Shown here piece by piece: positions 14,201-28,401 of a stretch of 64,000 nt of DNA (position 1 is the first letter of the stretch; each line of letters starts with the position of its first letter). The notes under the pieces were generated by a model. The model had not been told where the DNA came from, searched no databases, and worked only from the letters and a program-made list of their open reading frames with translations. This stretch comes from the human T2T-CHM13v2.0 reference genome, Homo sapiens. Position numbers and translations under genes: made by a program. The stretch lies in the NCBI RefSeq assembly GCF_009914755.1, contig NC_060948.1. The stretch is one strand, 5' to 3'.

Positions 14201-17200
14201 ACGGAATGGAATGGACAGCCACGGAATGGAATGCACTCGAATGCAATGGAGTCGAAACTTATGGAATGGAATAGAATGCACTCGACTGGTACGGACTCCA
14301 ATGGAATGGAATCGAATGGTAGGGATTCGAGCGGAATGGACTCGAAGGGAAAAGACTGCAATGGAAAGGTCTCGAATGGAATGGAAATTAATGGAATGGA
14401 ATGGAATCGAATGAAATGGAGTCAAAAGGAATGGAATCGAATGGCAAGAAATCGAATGTAATGGAATCGCAAGGAATTGATGTGAACGGAACGGAATGGA
14501 ATGGAATCCAAAGGAATGGAATAGAATGGAATGCAATCGAATGGAAAGGACTCGAATGGAAATCACTCGAATAGAATGCAATTTAATAAAATAGGATCAA
14601 ATGTAATGGAATGGAATGGAAAGGAATTGAAACGAAAGGAATGGAGACAGATGGAATGGAATGGGACAGAGAGCAATGGTATAGAATGGAATGGAATCAT
14701 CTGGAATGGAATTGAATGGAATGGAATAATATGAAATGGAATGGAATGGAATGGAATGGAATGGAATGCCCTTGAATTAAATGGACTGGACTCGAACAGA
14801 GTGGAATGGAAAGTGTTGAGATAGAATGGAATGGACTCGTTTGGAATGGTCTAGTATGCAATTCAATCGACTGGCAGGGAATCAAAAGGAATGTAATGGA
14901 ATGGATTGGACTGGAATGCAATGGACTCGAATAGATTGGAAACGGAATGCAAAGGAATGGAATGGAATAGTATGGAATGGAATGGAAAGGAATGGAGTGG
15001 AATAGACTAGAGTGGAATGGAATGGACTGGAAAGCAATGGACTGGAATGGAACTTTCTTGAATGGACTGGAATCAAACGGAATGGAATGCAATGAAATCA
15101 AATGGCATGGAATAAAATAGAATGAAAGAGAATCAAATGGAATTGAATCGAATGGAATCGAATGGATTGGAAAGGAATAGAATGGAATGGAATGGAATTG
15201 ACTCAAATGGAATGGACTAGAATGGAATGGATTCGAATGGAAGGCAAAGGAATGGAATCTATTGGAATGGACTGTAATGGAATGGAATGGAAGGGATTGG
15301 AATGGACTCGAATGGAATGGACTGCAATAGAAAGGATTCGAATGGAATGAAAAAGAATTGAATGGAATAGAACAGAATGGAATCAAATCGAATGAAATGG
15401 AATGGAATAGAAAGGAATGGAATGAAATGGAATGGAAAGGATTCGAATGGAATGCAATCGAATGGAATGGAATCGAACGGAATGGAATAAAATGGAAGAA
15501 AACTGGCAAGAAATGGAATCGAAATGAATGGAGTGTTATGGAACGGACTCAAAAGGAATTGAATGTAATAGAATGGAGTGGAGTGGACTCGAATATAATG
15601 GACTGGAATGGAATGAAATCACATGGAATGGGAACGAATGGAATGGAATGGAAAGGAATGGAATCGAATGGAAAGGAATCGAATGGAAGGGAATGAAATT
15701 GAATCAACAGGAATGGAAGGGAATAGAATAGACGGTAATGGAATGGACTCGAATAGAATGGACACGAATGCTCAAATTGAATGGACTCGTATGGAATGGA
15801 AACGAAAGGAATGTCATCGAATGGAATTGAATCGATTGGAATGAAATCGCATAGAATGGAGTGGAATCAAATGGAATTGAATCGAAAGGAAAGGAAGCGA
15901 ATGGACTGAAATGAAATGGAATGGAATTGAATGGAAAGTAATGCAATGGAATAGAATGGAACGAAATTTCACGGAATGGAATCAAACTGAATGGAATCAA
16001 ATCAATGGAATCAAATCAAATGGAATGGAAAGGAATTGAATGGAGTAGATTGGATTGGATGGGATTGGAATGAAATGTACTGGAAAGGACTCGAATTTCA
16101 TGAAACGGAATGGAATGAATTGGAACGGAATGGACTCGAATGGAATGGAATGTCATGGAATGGCATCAAATGGAATGGCATCAAATGGAATGGAATCGAA
16201 TGCAATGGAATGCTATGGAATGGAATGGAATGCATTGGAATGGAATGTCCTCTAATGGAATGGATTCGAGTGGAATGGAATCGAATATAATGGAGTCGAA
16301 TGAAATGGAATTGAAAGGAATGGGATCGAATACAATGGAATATACTGGAATGTAATGTAATGAACTCGAATGTAATTGACTGGAATGGAATGTACATGAA
16401 TGGAATGTAATCGAATGGAAAGTAATCCAATGGAATAGAATCTAATGCAATAAAATCGACTCAGATAGAGTAGAATGTAATGGAATGGAGTGCAGTGCAA
16501 TGGAATGGAATGGAATGGAATGCAATGGAATGGAATGGAATGGAATGGAATGGGATGGAATGGTATGGAATGGACAGTAATGGACTGGAGTGAAATGGAC
16601 TGGAAAGGAATGGACTCAAATTGAAAGGGCTCGATAGGAATAGAGACAAATGGAATGGTCTGGAATGGAATGAACACGAATGTAATGCAATCCAATAGAA
16701 TGGAGTCGAATGGCATGGAATATAAAGAAATGGAATCGAAGAGAATGGAAACAAATGGAATGGAATTGAATGGAATGGAATTGAATGGAATGGGAACGAA
16801 TGGAGTGAAATTGTATGCAGTAGAAGAGAATAGAATGGAATGCAAGCGAAAGGAAAGGAATGGATTGGAATGGAATGGAATTCATTGGAATGGAAGGGAA
16901 TGTAGTGTAATGGACAGGCCTGGAATAAAGTGGAATGCTACGGTCTCGAATGGAATAAAAATGTATGGAATGGAATGCAATGAAACGGAATCGAATGTCA
17001 TAGAATGTAATGGAATGCAAAAAAATGGAATCCAAAATCATTGACTGGAAAGGCTGGGTGTCGAAAGGAATTGACTCCAATGGAATGGAATCGAATGGAA
17101 TGGAAGTGAATAGAATCGAACTAAATCGAATGGAATGGAATTGATAGGAACGGAATGGAAAGGAATGCAATGATTTGGCATGGAATGGAATCGAATGGCA

Positions 17201-17744
17201 TCGAATGGAATGGAATGGAATGCAATGGAATGGAATGTATTAGAATGTAATGAACTTTAATGGAATGTACTCGAATGGATTCGACTGGAATGGAATGTTC
17301 TGGAAGTGAATGGACTCCAATGGAATGGATTCAAAAGGAATGGAATCGTACGGAATGGAATCTAATGGAATGGAATTAAATGGAAATGAATCAAATTGAA
17401 TAGCACGGAATTGAATTGAATGGAATGGAATGCAATGGAATCTAATGAAACGGAAAGGAAAGGAATGGAATGGAATGGAATGGGCTGGAATGGAAAGGAA
17501 TCGAAACGAATGGAATGGAATCGAACTGAAGAGACTGGAATGGAATGCACTGGAATGGAAGGGAGTGTAATGGAAGGTTCTCGAAAAAAATGGAATCGAA
17601 TGGAATGGAATTGAATGGAACGGAATAGAGTCGAATGGAATTGAATGGAATGGAATGGACTAGAGTGAAATGGAATCGAACCACAAGGAATGGACAGGAA
17701 TAGAATGGTCTCGAATTGAATGGGATCGTATGGAATGGCATCAA
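14201..17744 (+). repeat. DYZ1 unit 5 (3544 bp)
   Basis: Anchor recurs at 14201. Second half matches unit 10. Confidence 0.9.
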
Positions 17745-20700
17745 ACGGAATGGAATGGACAGCCACGGAATGGAATGCACTCGAATGCAATGGAGTCGAA
17801 ACTAATGGACTGGAATAGAATGGACTCGACTGGTACGGACTCCAATGGAATGGAATCGAATGAAAGGGAATCGAACGGAATGGACTCGAAGGGAAAAGAC
17901 TGCAATGGAAAGGTCTCGAATGGAATGGAAATTAATGGAATGGAATGGAATCGAATGAAATGGAGTCAAAAGGAATGGAATCGAATGGCAAGAAATCGAA
18001 TGTAATGGAATCGCAAGGAATTGATGTGAACGGAACGGAATGGAATGGAATCCAAAGGAATGGAATAGAATGGAATGGAATCGAATGGAAAGGACTCGAA
18101 TGGAAATCACTCGAATAGAATGCAATTTAATAAAATAGGATCAAATGTAATGGAATGGAATGGAAAGGAATCGAAACGAAAGGAATGGAGACAGATGGAA
18201 TGGAATGGAACAGAGAGCAATGGTATAGAATGGAATGGAATCATCTGGAATGGAATTGAATGGAATGGAATAATATGAAATGGAATGGAATGGAATGGAA
18301 TGGAATGCCCTTGAATTAAATGGACTGGACTCGAACAGAGTGGAATGGAAAGTGTTGAGATAGAATGGAATGGACTCCTTTGGAATGGTGTAGTATGCAA
18401 TGCAATCGACTGGTATGGAATCAAAAGGAATGTAATGGAATGGATTGGACTGGAATGCAATGGACTCGAATAGATTGGAAACGGAATGCAACGGAATGGA
18501 ATGGAATAGTATGGAATTTAATGGAAAGGAATGGAGTGGAATAGACTAGAGTGGAATGGAATGGACTGGAAAGCAATGGACTGGAATGGAACTTTCTTGA
18601 ATGGACTGGAATCAAACGGAATGGAATGCAATGCAATCAAATGGCATGGAATAAAATAGAATGAAAGAGAATCAAATGGAATTGAATCGAATGGAATCGA
18701 ATGGATTGGAAAGGAATAGAATGGAATGGAATGGAATGGACTCAAATGGAATGGACTAGAATGGAATGGATTCGAATGGAAGGCAAAGGAATGGAATCTA
18801 TTGGAATGGACTGTAATGGAATGGAATGGAAGGGATTGGAATGGACTCGAATGGAATGGACTGCAATAGAAAGGATTCGAATGGAATGAAAAAGAATTGA
18901 ATGGAATAGAACAGAATGGAATCAAATCGAATGAAATGGAATGGAATAGAAAGGAATGGAATGAAATGGAATGGAAAGGATTCGAATGGAATGCAATCGA
19001 ATGGAATGGAGTCGAACGGAATGGAATAAAATGGAAGAAAACTGGCAAGAAATGGAATCGAAATGAATGGAGTGTTATGGAACGGACTCAAAAGGAATTG
19101 AATGTAATAGAATGGAGTGGAGTGGACTCGAATATAATGGACTGGAATGGAATGAAATCACATGGAATGGGAACGAATGGAATGGAATGGAAAGGAATGG
19201 AATCGAATGGAAAGGAATCGAATGGAAGGGAATGAAATTGAATCAACAGGAATGGAAGGGAATAGAATAGACGGTAATGGAATGGACTCGAATAGAATGG
19301 ACACGAATGCTCAAATTGAATGGACTCGAATGGAATGGAAACGAAAGGAATGTCATCGAATGGAATTGAATCGATTGGAATGAAATCGCATAGAATGGAG
19401 TGGAATCAAATGGAATTGAATCGAAAGGAAAGGAAGCGAATGGACTGAAATGAAATGGAATGGAATTGAATGGAAAGTAATGCAATGGAATAGAATGGAA
19501 CGAAATTTCACGGAATGGAATCAAACTGAATGGAATCAAATCAATGGAATCAAATCAAATGGAATGGAAAGGAATTGAATGGAGTAGATTGGATTGGATG
19601 GGATTGGAATGAAATGTACTGGAAAGGACTCGAATTTCATGAAACGGAATGGAATGAATTGGAACGGAATGGACTCGAATGGAATGGAATGTCATGGAAT
19701 GGCATCAAATGGAATGGCATCAAATGGAATGGAATCGAATGCAATGGAATGCTATGGAATGGAATGGAATGCATTGGAATGGAATGTCCTCTAATGGAAT
19801 GGATTCGAGTGGAATGGAATCGAATATAATGGAGTCGAATGAAATGGAATTGAAAGGAATGGGATCGAATACAATGGAATATACTGGAATGTAATGTAAT
19901 GAACTCGAATGTAATTGACTGGAATGGAATGTACATGAATGGAATGTAATCGAATGGAAAGTAATCCAATGGAATAGAATCTAATGCAATAAAATCGACT
20001 CAGATAGAGTAGAATGTAATGGAATGGAGTGCAGTGCAATGGAATGGAATGGAATGGAATGCAATGGAATGGAATGGAATGGAATGGAATGGAATGGGAT
20101 GGAATGGTATGGAATGGATAGTAATGGACTGGAGTGAAATGGACTGGAAAGGAATGGACTCAAATTCAAAGGGCTCGAAAGGAATGGAGTCAAATGGAAT
20201 GGTCTGGAATGGAATGAACACGAATGTAATGCAATCCAATAGAATGGAATCGAATGGCATGGAATATAAAGAAATGGAATCGAAGAGAATGGAAACAAAT
20301 GGAATGGAATTGAATGGAATGGAATTGAATGGAATGGGAACGAATGGAGTGAAATTGTATGCAGTAGAAGGGAATAGAATGGAATGCAAGCGAAAGGAAA
20401 GGAATGGATTGGAATGGAATGGAATTCATTGGAATGGAAGGGAATGTAGTGTAATGGACAGGCCTGGAATAAAGTGGAATGCTACGGTCTCGAATGGAAT
20501 AAAAATGTATGGAATGGAATGCAATGAAACGGAATCGAATGTCATAGAATGTAATGGAATGCAAAAAAATGGAATCCAAAATCATTGACTGGAAAGGCTG
20601 GGTGTCGAAAGGAATTGACTCCAATGGAATGGAATCGAATGGAATGGAAGTGAATAGAATCGAACTAAATCGAATGGAATGGAATTGATAGGAACGGAAT

Positions 20701-21288
20701 GGAAAGGAATGCAATGATTTGGCATGGAATGGAATCGAATGGCATCGAATGGAATGGAATGGAATGCAATGGAATGGAATGTATTAGAATGTAATGAACT
20801 TTAATGGAATGTACTCGAATGGATTCGACTGGAATGGAATGTTCTGGAAGTGAATGGACTCCAATGGAATGGATTCAAAAGGAATGGAATCGTACGGAAT
20901 GGAATCTAATGGAATGGAATTAAATGGAAATGAATCAAATTGAATAGCACGGAATTGAATTGAATGGAATGGAATGCAATGGAATCTAATGAAACGGAAA
21001 GGAAAGGAATGGAATGGAATGGAATGGGCTGGAATGGAAAGGAATCGAAACGAATGGAATGGAATCGAACTGAAGAGACTGGAATGGAATGCACTGGAAT
21101 GGAAGGGAGTGTAATGGAAGGTTCTCGAAAAAAATGGAATCGAATGGAATGGAATTGAATGGAACGGAATAGAGTCGAATGGAATTGAATGGAATGGAAT
21201 GGACTAGAGTGAAATGGAATCGAACCACAAGGAATGGACAGGAATAGAATGGTCTCGAATTGAATGGGATCGTATGGAATGGCATCAA
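17745..21288 (+). repeat. DYZ1 unit 6 (3544 bp)
   Basis: Anchor recurs at 17745. Near-identical to unit 11. Confidence 0.9.
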
Positions 21289-24200
21289 ACGGAATGGAAT
21301 GGACAGCCACGGAATGGAATGCACTCGAATGCAATGGAGTCGAAACTAATGGACTGGAATAGAATGGACTCTACTGGTACGGACTCCAATGGAATGGAAT
21401 CGAATGGAAGGGAATCGAACGGAATGGACTCGAAGGGAAAAGACTGCAATGGAAAGGTCTCGAATGGAATGGAAATTAATGGAATGGAATGGAATCGAAT
21501 GAAATGGAGTCAAAAGGAATGGAATCGAATGGCAAGAAATCGAATGTAATGGAATCGCAAGGAATTGATGTGAACGGAACGGAATGGAATGGAATCCAAA
21601 GGAATGGAATAGAATGGAATGGAATCGAATGGAAAGGACTCGAATGGAAATCACTCGAATAGAATGCAATTTAATAAAATAGGATCAAATGTAATGGAAT
21701 GGAATGGAAAGGAATCGAAACGAAAGGAATGGAGACAGATGGAATGGAATGGAACAGAGAGCAATGGTATAGAATGGAATGGAATCATCTGGAAAGGAAT
21801 TGAATGGAATGGAATAATATGAAATGGAATGGAATGGAATGGAATGGAATGCCCTTGAATTAAATGGACTGGAATGGAATGGACTCGAACAGAGTGGAAT
21901 GGAAAGTGTTGAGATAGAATGGAATGGACTCCTTTGGAATGGTGTAGTATGCAATGCAATCGACTGGCAGGGAATCAAAAGGAATGTAATGGAATGGATT
22001 GGACTGGAATGCAATGGACTCTAATAGATTGCAAACGGAATGCAAAGGAATGGAATGGAATAGTATGGAATGGAATGGAAAGGAATGGAGTGGAATAGAC
22101 TAGAGTGGAATGGAATGGACTGGAAAGAAATGGACTGGAATGGAACTTTCTTGAATGGACTGGAATCAAACGGAATGGAATGTAATGCAATCAAATGGCA
22201 TGGAATAAAATAGAATGAAAGAGAATCAAATGGAATTGAATCGAATGGAATCGAATGGATTGGAAAGGAATAGAATGGAATGGAATGGAATGGACTCAAA
22301 TGGAATGGACTAGAATGGAATGGATTCGAATGGAAGGCAAAGGAATGGAATCTATGGGAATGGACTGTAATGGAATGGAATGGAAGGGATTGGAATGGAC
22401 TCGAATGGAATGGACTGCAATAGAAAGGATTCGAATGGAATGAAAAAGAATTGAATGGAATAGAACAGAATGGAATCAAATCGAATGAAATGGAATGGAA
22501 TAGAAAGGAATGGAATGAAATGGAATGGAAAGGATTCGAATGGAATGCAATCGAATGGAATGGAGTCGAACGGAATGGAATAAAATGGAAGAAAACTGGC
22601 AAGAAATGGAATCGAAATGAATGGAGTGTTATGGAACGGACTCAAAAGGAATTGAATGTAATAGAATGGAGTGGAGTGGACTCGAATATAATGGACTGGA
22701 ATGGAATGAAATCACATGGAATGGGAACGAATGGAATGGAATGGAAAGGAATGGAATCGAATGGAAAGGAATCGAATGGAAGGGAATGAAATTGAATCAA
22801 CAGGAATGGAAGGGAATAGAATAGACGGTAATGGAATGGACTCGAATAGAATGGACACGAATGCTCAAATTGAATGGACTCGAATGGAATGGAAACGAAA
22901 GGAATGTCATCGAATGGAATTGAATCGATTGGAATGAAATCGCATAGAATGGAGTGGAATCAAATGGAATTGAATCGAAAGGAAAGGAAGCGAATGGACT
23001 GAAATGAAATGGAATGGAATTGAATGGAAAGTAATGCAATGGAATAGAATGGAACGAAATTTCACGGAATGGAATCAAACTGAATGGAATCAAATCAATG
23101 GAATCTAATCAAATGGAATGGAAAGGAATTGAATGGAGTAGATTGGATTGGATGGGATTGGAATGAAATGTACTGGAAAGGACTCGAATTTCATGAAACG
23201 GAATGGAATGAATTGGAATGGAATGGACTAGAATGGAATGGAATGTCATGGAATGGCATCAAATGGAATGGCATCAAATGGAATGGAATCGAATGCAATG
23301 GAATGCTATGGAATGGAATGGAATGCATTGGAATGGAATGTCCTCTAATGGAATGGATTCGAGTGGAATGGAATCGAATATAATGGAGTCGAATGAAATG
23401 GAATTGAAAGGAATGGGATCGAATACAATGGAATATACTGGAATGTAATGTAATGAACTCGAATGTAATTGACTGGAATGGAATGTACATGAATGGAATG
23501 TAATCGAATGGAAAGTAATCCAATGGAATAGAATCTAATGCAATAAAATCGACTCAGATAGAGTAGAATGTAGTGGAATGGAGTGCAGTGCAATGGAATG
23601 GAATGGAATGGAATGCAATTGAATGGAATGGAATGGAATGGAATGGAATGGAATGGGATGGAATGGTATGGAATGGATAGTAATGGACTGGAGTGAAATG
23701 GACTGGAAAGGAATGGACTCAAATTGAAAGGGCTCGAAAGGAATGGAGTCAAATGGAATGGTCTGGAATGGAATGAACACGAATGTAATGCAATCCAATA
23801 GAATGGAATCGAATGGCATGGAATATAAAGAAATGGAATCGGAGAGAATGGAAACAAATGGAATGGAATTGAATGGAATGGAATTGAATGGAATGGGAAC
23901 GAATGGAGTGAAATTGTATGCAGTAGAAGGGAATAGAATGGAATGCAAGCGAAAGGAAAGGAATGGATTGGAATGGAATGGAATTCATTGGAATGGAAGG
24001 GAATGTAGTGTAATGGACAGGCCTGGAATAAAGTGGAATGCTACGGTCTCGAATGGAATAAAAATGTATGGAATGGAATGCAATGAAATGGAATCGAATG
24101 TCATAGAATGTAATGGAATGCAACAAAATGGAATCCAAAATCATTGACTGGAAAGGCTGGGTGTCGAAAGGAATTGACTCCAATGGAATGGAATCGAATG

Positions 24201-24847
24201 GAATGGAAGTGAATAGAATCGAACTAAATCGAATGCAATGGAATTGATAGGAACGGAATGGAAAGGAATGCAATGATTTGGCATGGAATGGAATCGAATG
24301 GCATCGAATGGAATGGAATGGAATGCAATGGAATGGAATGTATTAGAATGTAATGAACTTTAATGGAATGTACTCGAATGGATTCGACTGGAATGGAATG
24401 TTCTGGAAGTGATTGGACTCCAATGGAATGGATTCCAAAGGAATGGAATCGTACGGAATGGAATCTAATGGAATGGAATTAAATGGAAATGAATCAAATT
24501 GAATAGCACGGAATTGAATTGAATGGAATGGAATGCAATGGAATCTAATGAAACGGAAAGGAAAGGAATGGAATGGAATGGAATGGGCTGGAATGGAAAG
24601 GAATCGAAACGAATGGAATGGAATCGAACTGAAGAGACTGGAATGGAATGCACTGGAATGGAAGGGAGTGTAATGGAAGGTTCTCGAAAAAAATGGAATC
24701 GAATGGAATGGAATTGAATGGAACGGAATAGAGTCGAATGGAATTGAATGGAATGGAATGGACTAGAGTGAAATGGAATCGAACCACAAGGAATGGACAG
24801 GAATAGAATGGTCTCGAATTGAATGGGATCATATGGAATGGCATCAA
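21289..24847 (+). repeat. DYZ1 unit 7 (3559 bp)
   Basis: Anchor recurs at 21289. Near-identical to units 9 and 12. Confidence 0.9.
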
Positions 24848-27800
24848 ACGGAATGGAATGGACAGCCACGGAATGGAATGCACTCGAATGCAATGGAGTC
24901 GAAACTAATGGACTGGAATAGAATGGACTCGACTGGTACGGACTCCAATGGAATGGAATCGAATGGAAGGGAATCGAACGGAATGGACTCGAAGGGAAAA
25001 GACTGCAATGGAAAGGTCTCGAATGGAATGGAAATTAATGGAATGGAATGGAATCGAATGAAATGGAGTCAAAAGGAATGGAATCGAATGGCAAGAAATC
25101 GAATGTAATGGAATCGCAAGGAATTGATGTGAACGGAATGGAATGGAATGGAATCCAAAGGAATGGAATAGAATGGAATGGAATCGAATGGAAAGGACTC
25201 GAATGGAAATCACTCGAATAGAATGCAATTTAATAAAATAGGATCAAATGTAATGGAATGGAATGGAAAGGAATCGAAACGAAAGGAATGGAGACAGATG
25301 GAATGGAATGGAACAGAGAGCAATGGTATAGAATGGAATGGAATCATCTGGAATGGAATTGAATGGAATGGAATAATATGAAATGGAATGGAATGGAATG
25401 GAATGGAATGCCCTTGAATTAAATGGACTGGAATGGAATGGACTCGAACAGAGTGGAATGGAAAGTGTTGAGATAGAATGGAATGGACTCCTTTGGAATG
25501 GTGTAGTATGCAATGCAATCGACTGGCAGGGAATCAAAAGGAATGTAATCGAATGGACTGGACTGGAATGCAATGGACTCGAATAGATTGGAAACGGAAT
25601 GCAAAGGAATGGAATGGAATAGTATGGAATGGAATGGAAAGGAATGGAGTGGAATAGACTAGAGTGGAATGGAATGGACTGGAAAGCAATGGACTGGAAT
25701 GGAACTTTCTTGAATGGACTGGAATCAAACGGAATGGAATGCAATGCAATCAAATGGCATGGAATAAAATAGAATGAAAGAGAATCGAATGGAATTGAAT
25801 CGAATGGAATCGAATGGATTGGAAAGGAATAGAATGGAATGGAATGGAATGGACTCAAATGGAATGGACTAGAATGGAATGGATTCGAATGGAAGGCAAA
25901 GGAATGGAATCTATTGGAATGGACTGTAATGGAATGGAATGGAAGGGATTGGAATGGACTCGAATGGAATGGACTGCAATAGAAAGGATTCGAATGGAAT
26001 GAAAAAGAATTGAATGGAATAGAACAGAATGGAATCAAATCGAATGAAATGGAATGGAATAGAAAGGAATGGAATGAAATGGAATGGAAAGGATTCGAAT
26101 GGAATGCAATCGAATGGAATGGAATCGAACGGAATGGAATAAAATGGAAGAAAACTGGCAAGAAATGGAATCGAAATGAATGGAGTGTTATGGAACGGAC
26201 TCAAAAGGAATTGAATGTAATAGAATGGAGTGGAGTGGACTCGAATATAATGGACTGGAATGGAATGAAATCACATGGAATGGGAACGAATGGAATGGAA
26301 TGGAAAGGAATGGAATCGAATGGAAAGGAATCGAATGGAAGGGAATGAAATTGAATCAACAGGAATGGAAGGGAATAGAATAGACGGTAATGGAATGGAC
26401 TCGAATAGAATGGACACGAATGCTCAAATTGAATGGACTCGAATGGAATGGAAACGAAAGGAATGTCATCGAATGGAATTGAATCGATTGGAATGAAATC
26501 GCATAGAATGGAGTGGAATCAAATGGAATTGAATCGAAAGGAAAGGAAGCGAATGGACTGAAATGAAATGGAATGGAATTGAATGGAAAGTAATGCAATG
26601 GAATAGAATGGAACGAAATTTCACGGAATGGAATCAAACTGAATGGAATCAAATCAATGGAATCAAATCAAATGGAATGGAAAGGAATTGAATGGAGTAG
26701 ATTGGATTGGATGGGATTGGAATGAAATGTACTGGAAAGGACTCGAATTTCATGAAACGGAATGGAATGAATTGGAACGGAATGGACTCGAATGGAATGG
26801 AATGTCATGGAATGGCATCAAATGGAATGGCATCAAATGGAATGGAATCGAATGCAATGGAATGCTATGGAATGGAATGGAATGCATTGGAATGGAATGT
26901 CCTCTAATGGAATGGATTCGAGTGGAATGGAATCGAATATAATGGAGTCGAATGAAATGGAATTGAAAGGAATGGGATCGAATACAATGGAATATACTGG
27001 AATGTAATGTAATGAACTCGAATGTAATTGACTGGAATGGAATGTACATGAATGGAATGTAATCGAATGGAAAGTAATCCAATGGAATAGAATCTAATGC
27101 AATAAAACCGACTCAGATAGAGTAGAATGTAATGGAATGGAGTGCAGTGCAATGGAATGGAATGGAATGGAATGCAATGGAATGGAATGGAATGGAATGG
27201 AATGGAATGGGATGGAATGGTATGGAATGGATAGTAATGGACTGGAGTGAAATGGACTGGAAAGGAATGGACTCAAATTCAAAGGGCTCGAAAGGAATGG
27301 AGTCAAATGGAATGGTCTGGAATGGAATGAACACGAATGTAATGCAATCCAATAGAATGGAATCGAATGGCATGGAATATAAAGAAATGGAATCGAAGAG
27401 AATGGAAACAAATGGAATGGAATTGAATGGAATGGAATTGAATGGAATGGGAACGAATGGAGTGAAATTGTATGCAGTAGAAGGGAATAGAATGGAATGC
27501 AAGCGAAAGGAAAGGAATGGATTGGAATGGAATGGAATTCATTGGAATGGAAGGGAATGTAGTGTAATGGACAGGCCTGGAATAAAGTGGAATGCTACGG
27601 TCTCGAATGGAATAAAAATGTATGGAATGGAATGCAATGAAACGGAATCGAATGTCATAGAATGTAATGGAATGCAAAAAAATGGAATCCAAAATCATTG
27701 ACTGGAAAGGCTGGGTGTCGAAAGGAATTGACTCCAATGGAATGGAATCGAATGGAATGGAAGTGAATAGAATCGAACTAAATCGAATGGAATGGAATTG

Positions 27801-28401
27801 ATAGGAACGGAATGGAAAGGAATGCAATGATTTGGCATGGAATGGAATCGAATGGCATCGAATGGAATGGAATGGAATGCAATGGAATGGAATGTATTAG
27901 AATGTAATGAACTTTAATGGAATGTACTCGAATGGATTCGACTGGAATGGAATGTTCTGGAAGTGAATGGACTCCAATGGAATGGATTCAAAAGGAATGG
28001 AATCGTACGGAATGGAATCTAATGGAATGGAATTAAATGGAAATGAATCAAATTGAATAGCACGGAATTGAATTGAATGGAATGGAATGCAATGGAATCT
28101 AATGAAACGGAAAGGAAAGGAATGGAATGGAATGGAATGGGCTGGAATGGAAAGGAATCGAAACGAATGGAATGGAATCGAACTGAAGAGACTGGAATGG
28201 AATGCACTGGAATGGAAGGGAGTGTAATGGAAGGTTCTCGAAAAAAATGGAATCGAATGGAATGGAATTGAATGGAACGGAATAGAGTCGAATGGAATTG
28301 AATGGAATGGAATGGACTAGAGTGAAGTGGAATCGAACCACAAGGAATGGACAGGAATAGAATGGTCTCGAATTGAATGGGATCGTATGGAATGGCATCA
28401 A
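24848..28401 (+). repeat. DYZ1 unit 8 (3554 bp)
   Basis: Anchor recurs at 24848. First half like units 10 and 13, second half like units 6 and 11. Confidence 0.9.
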
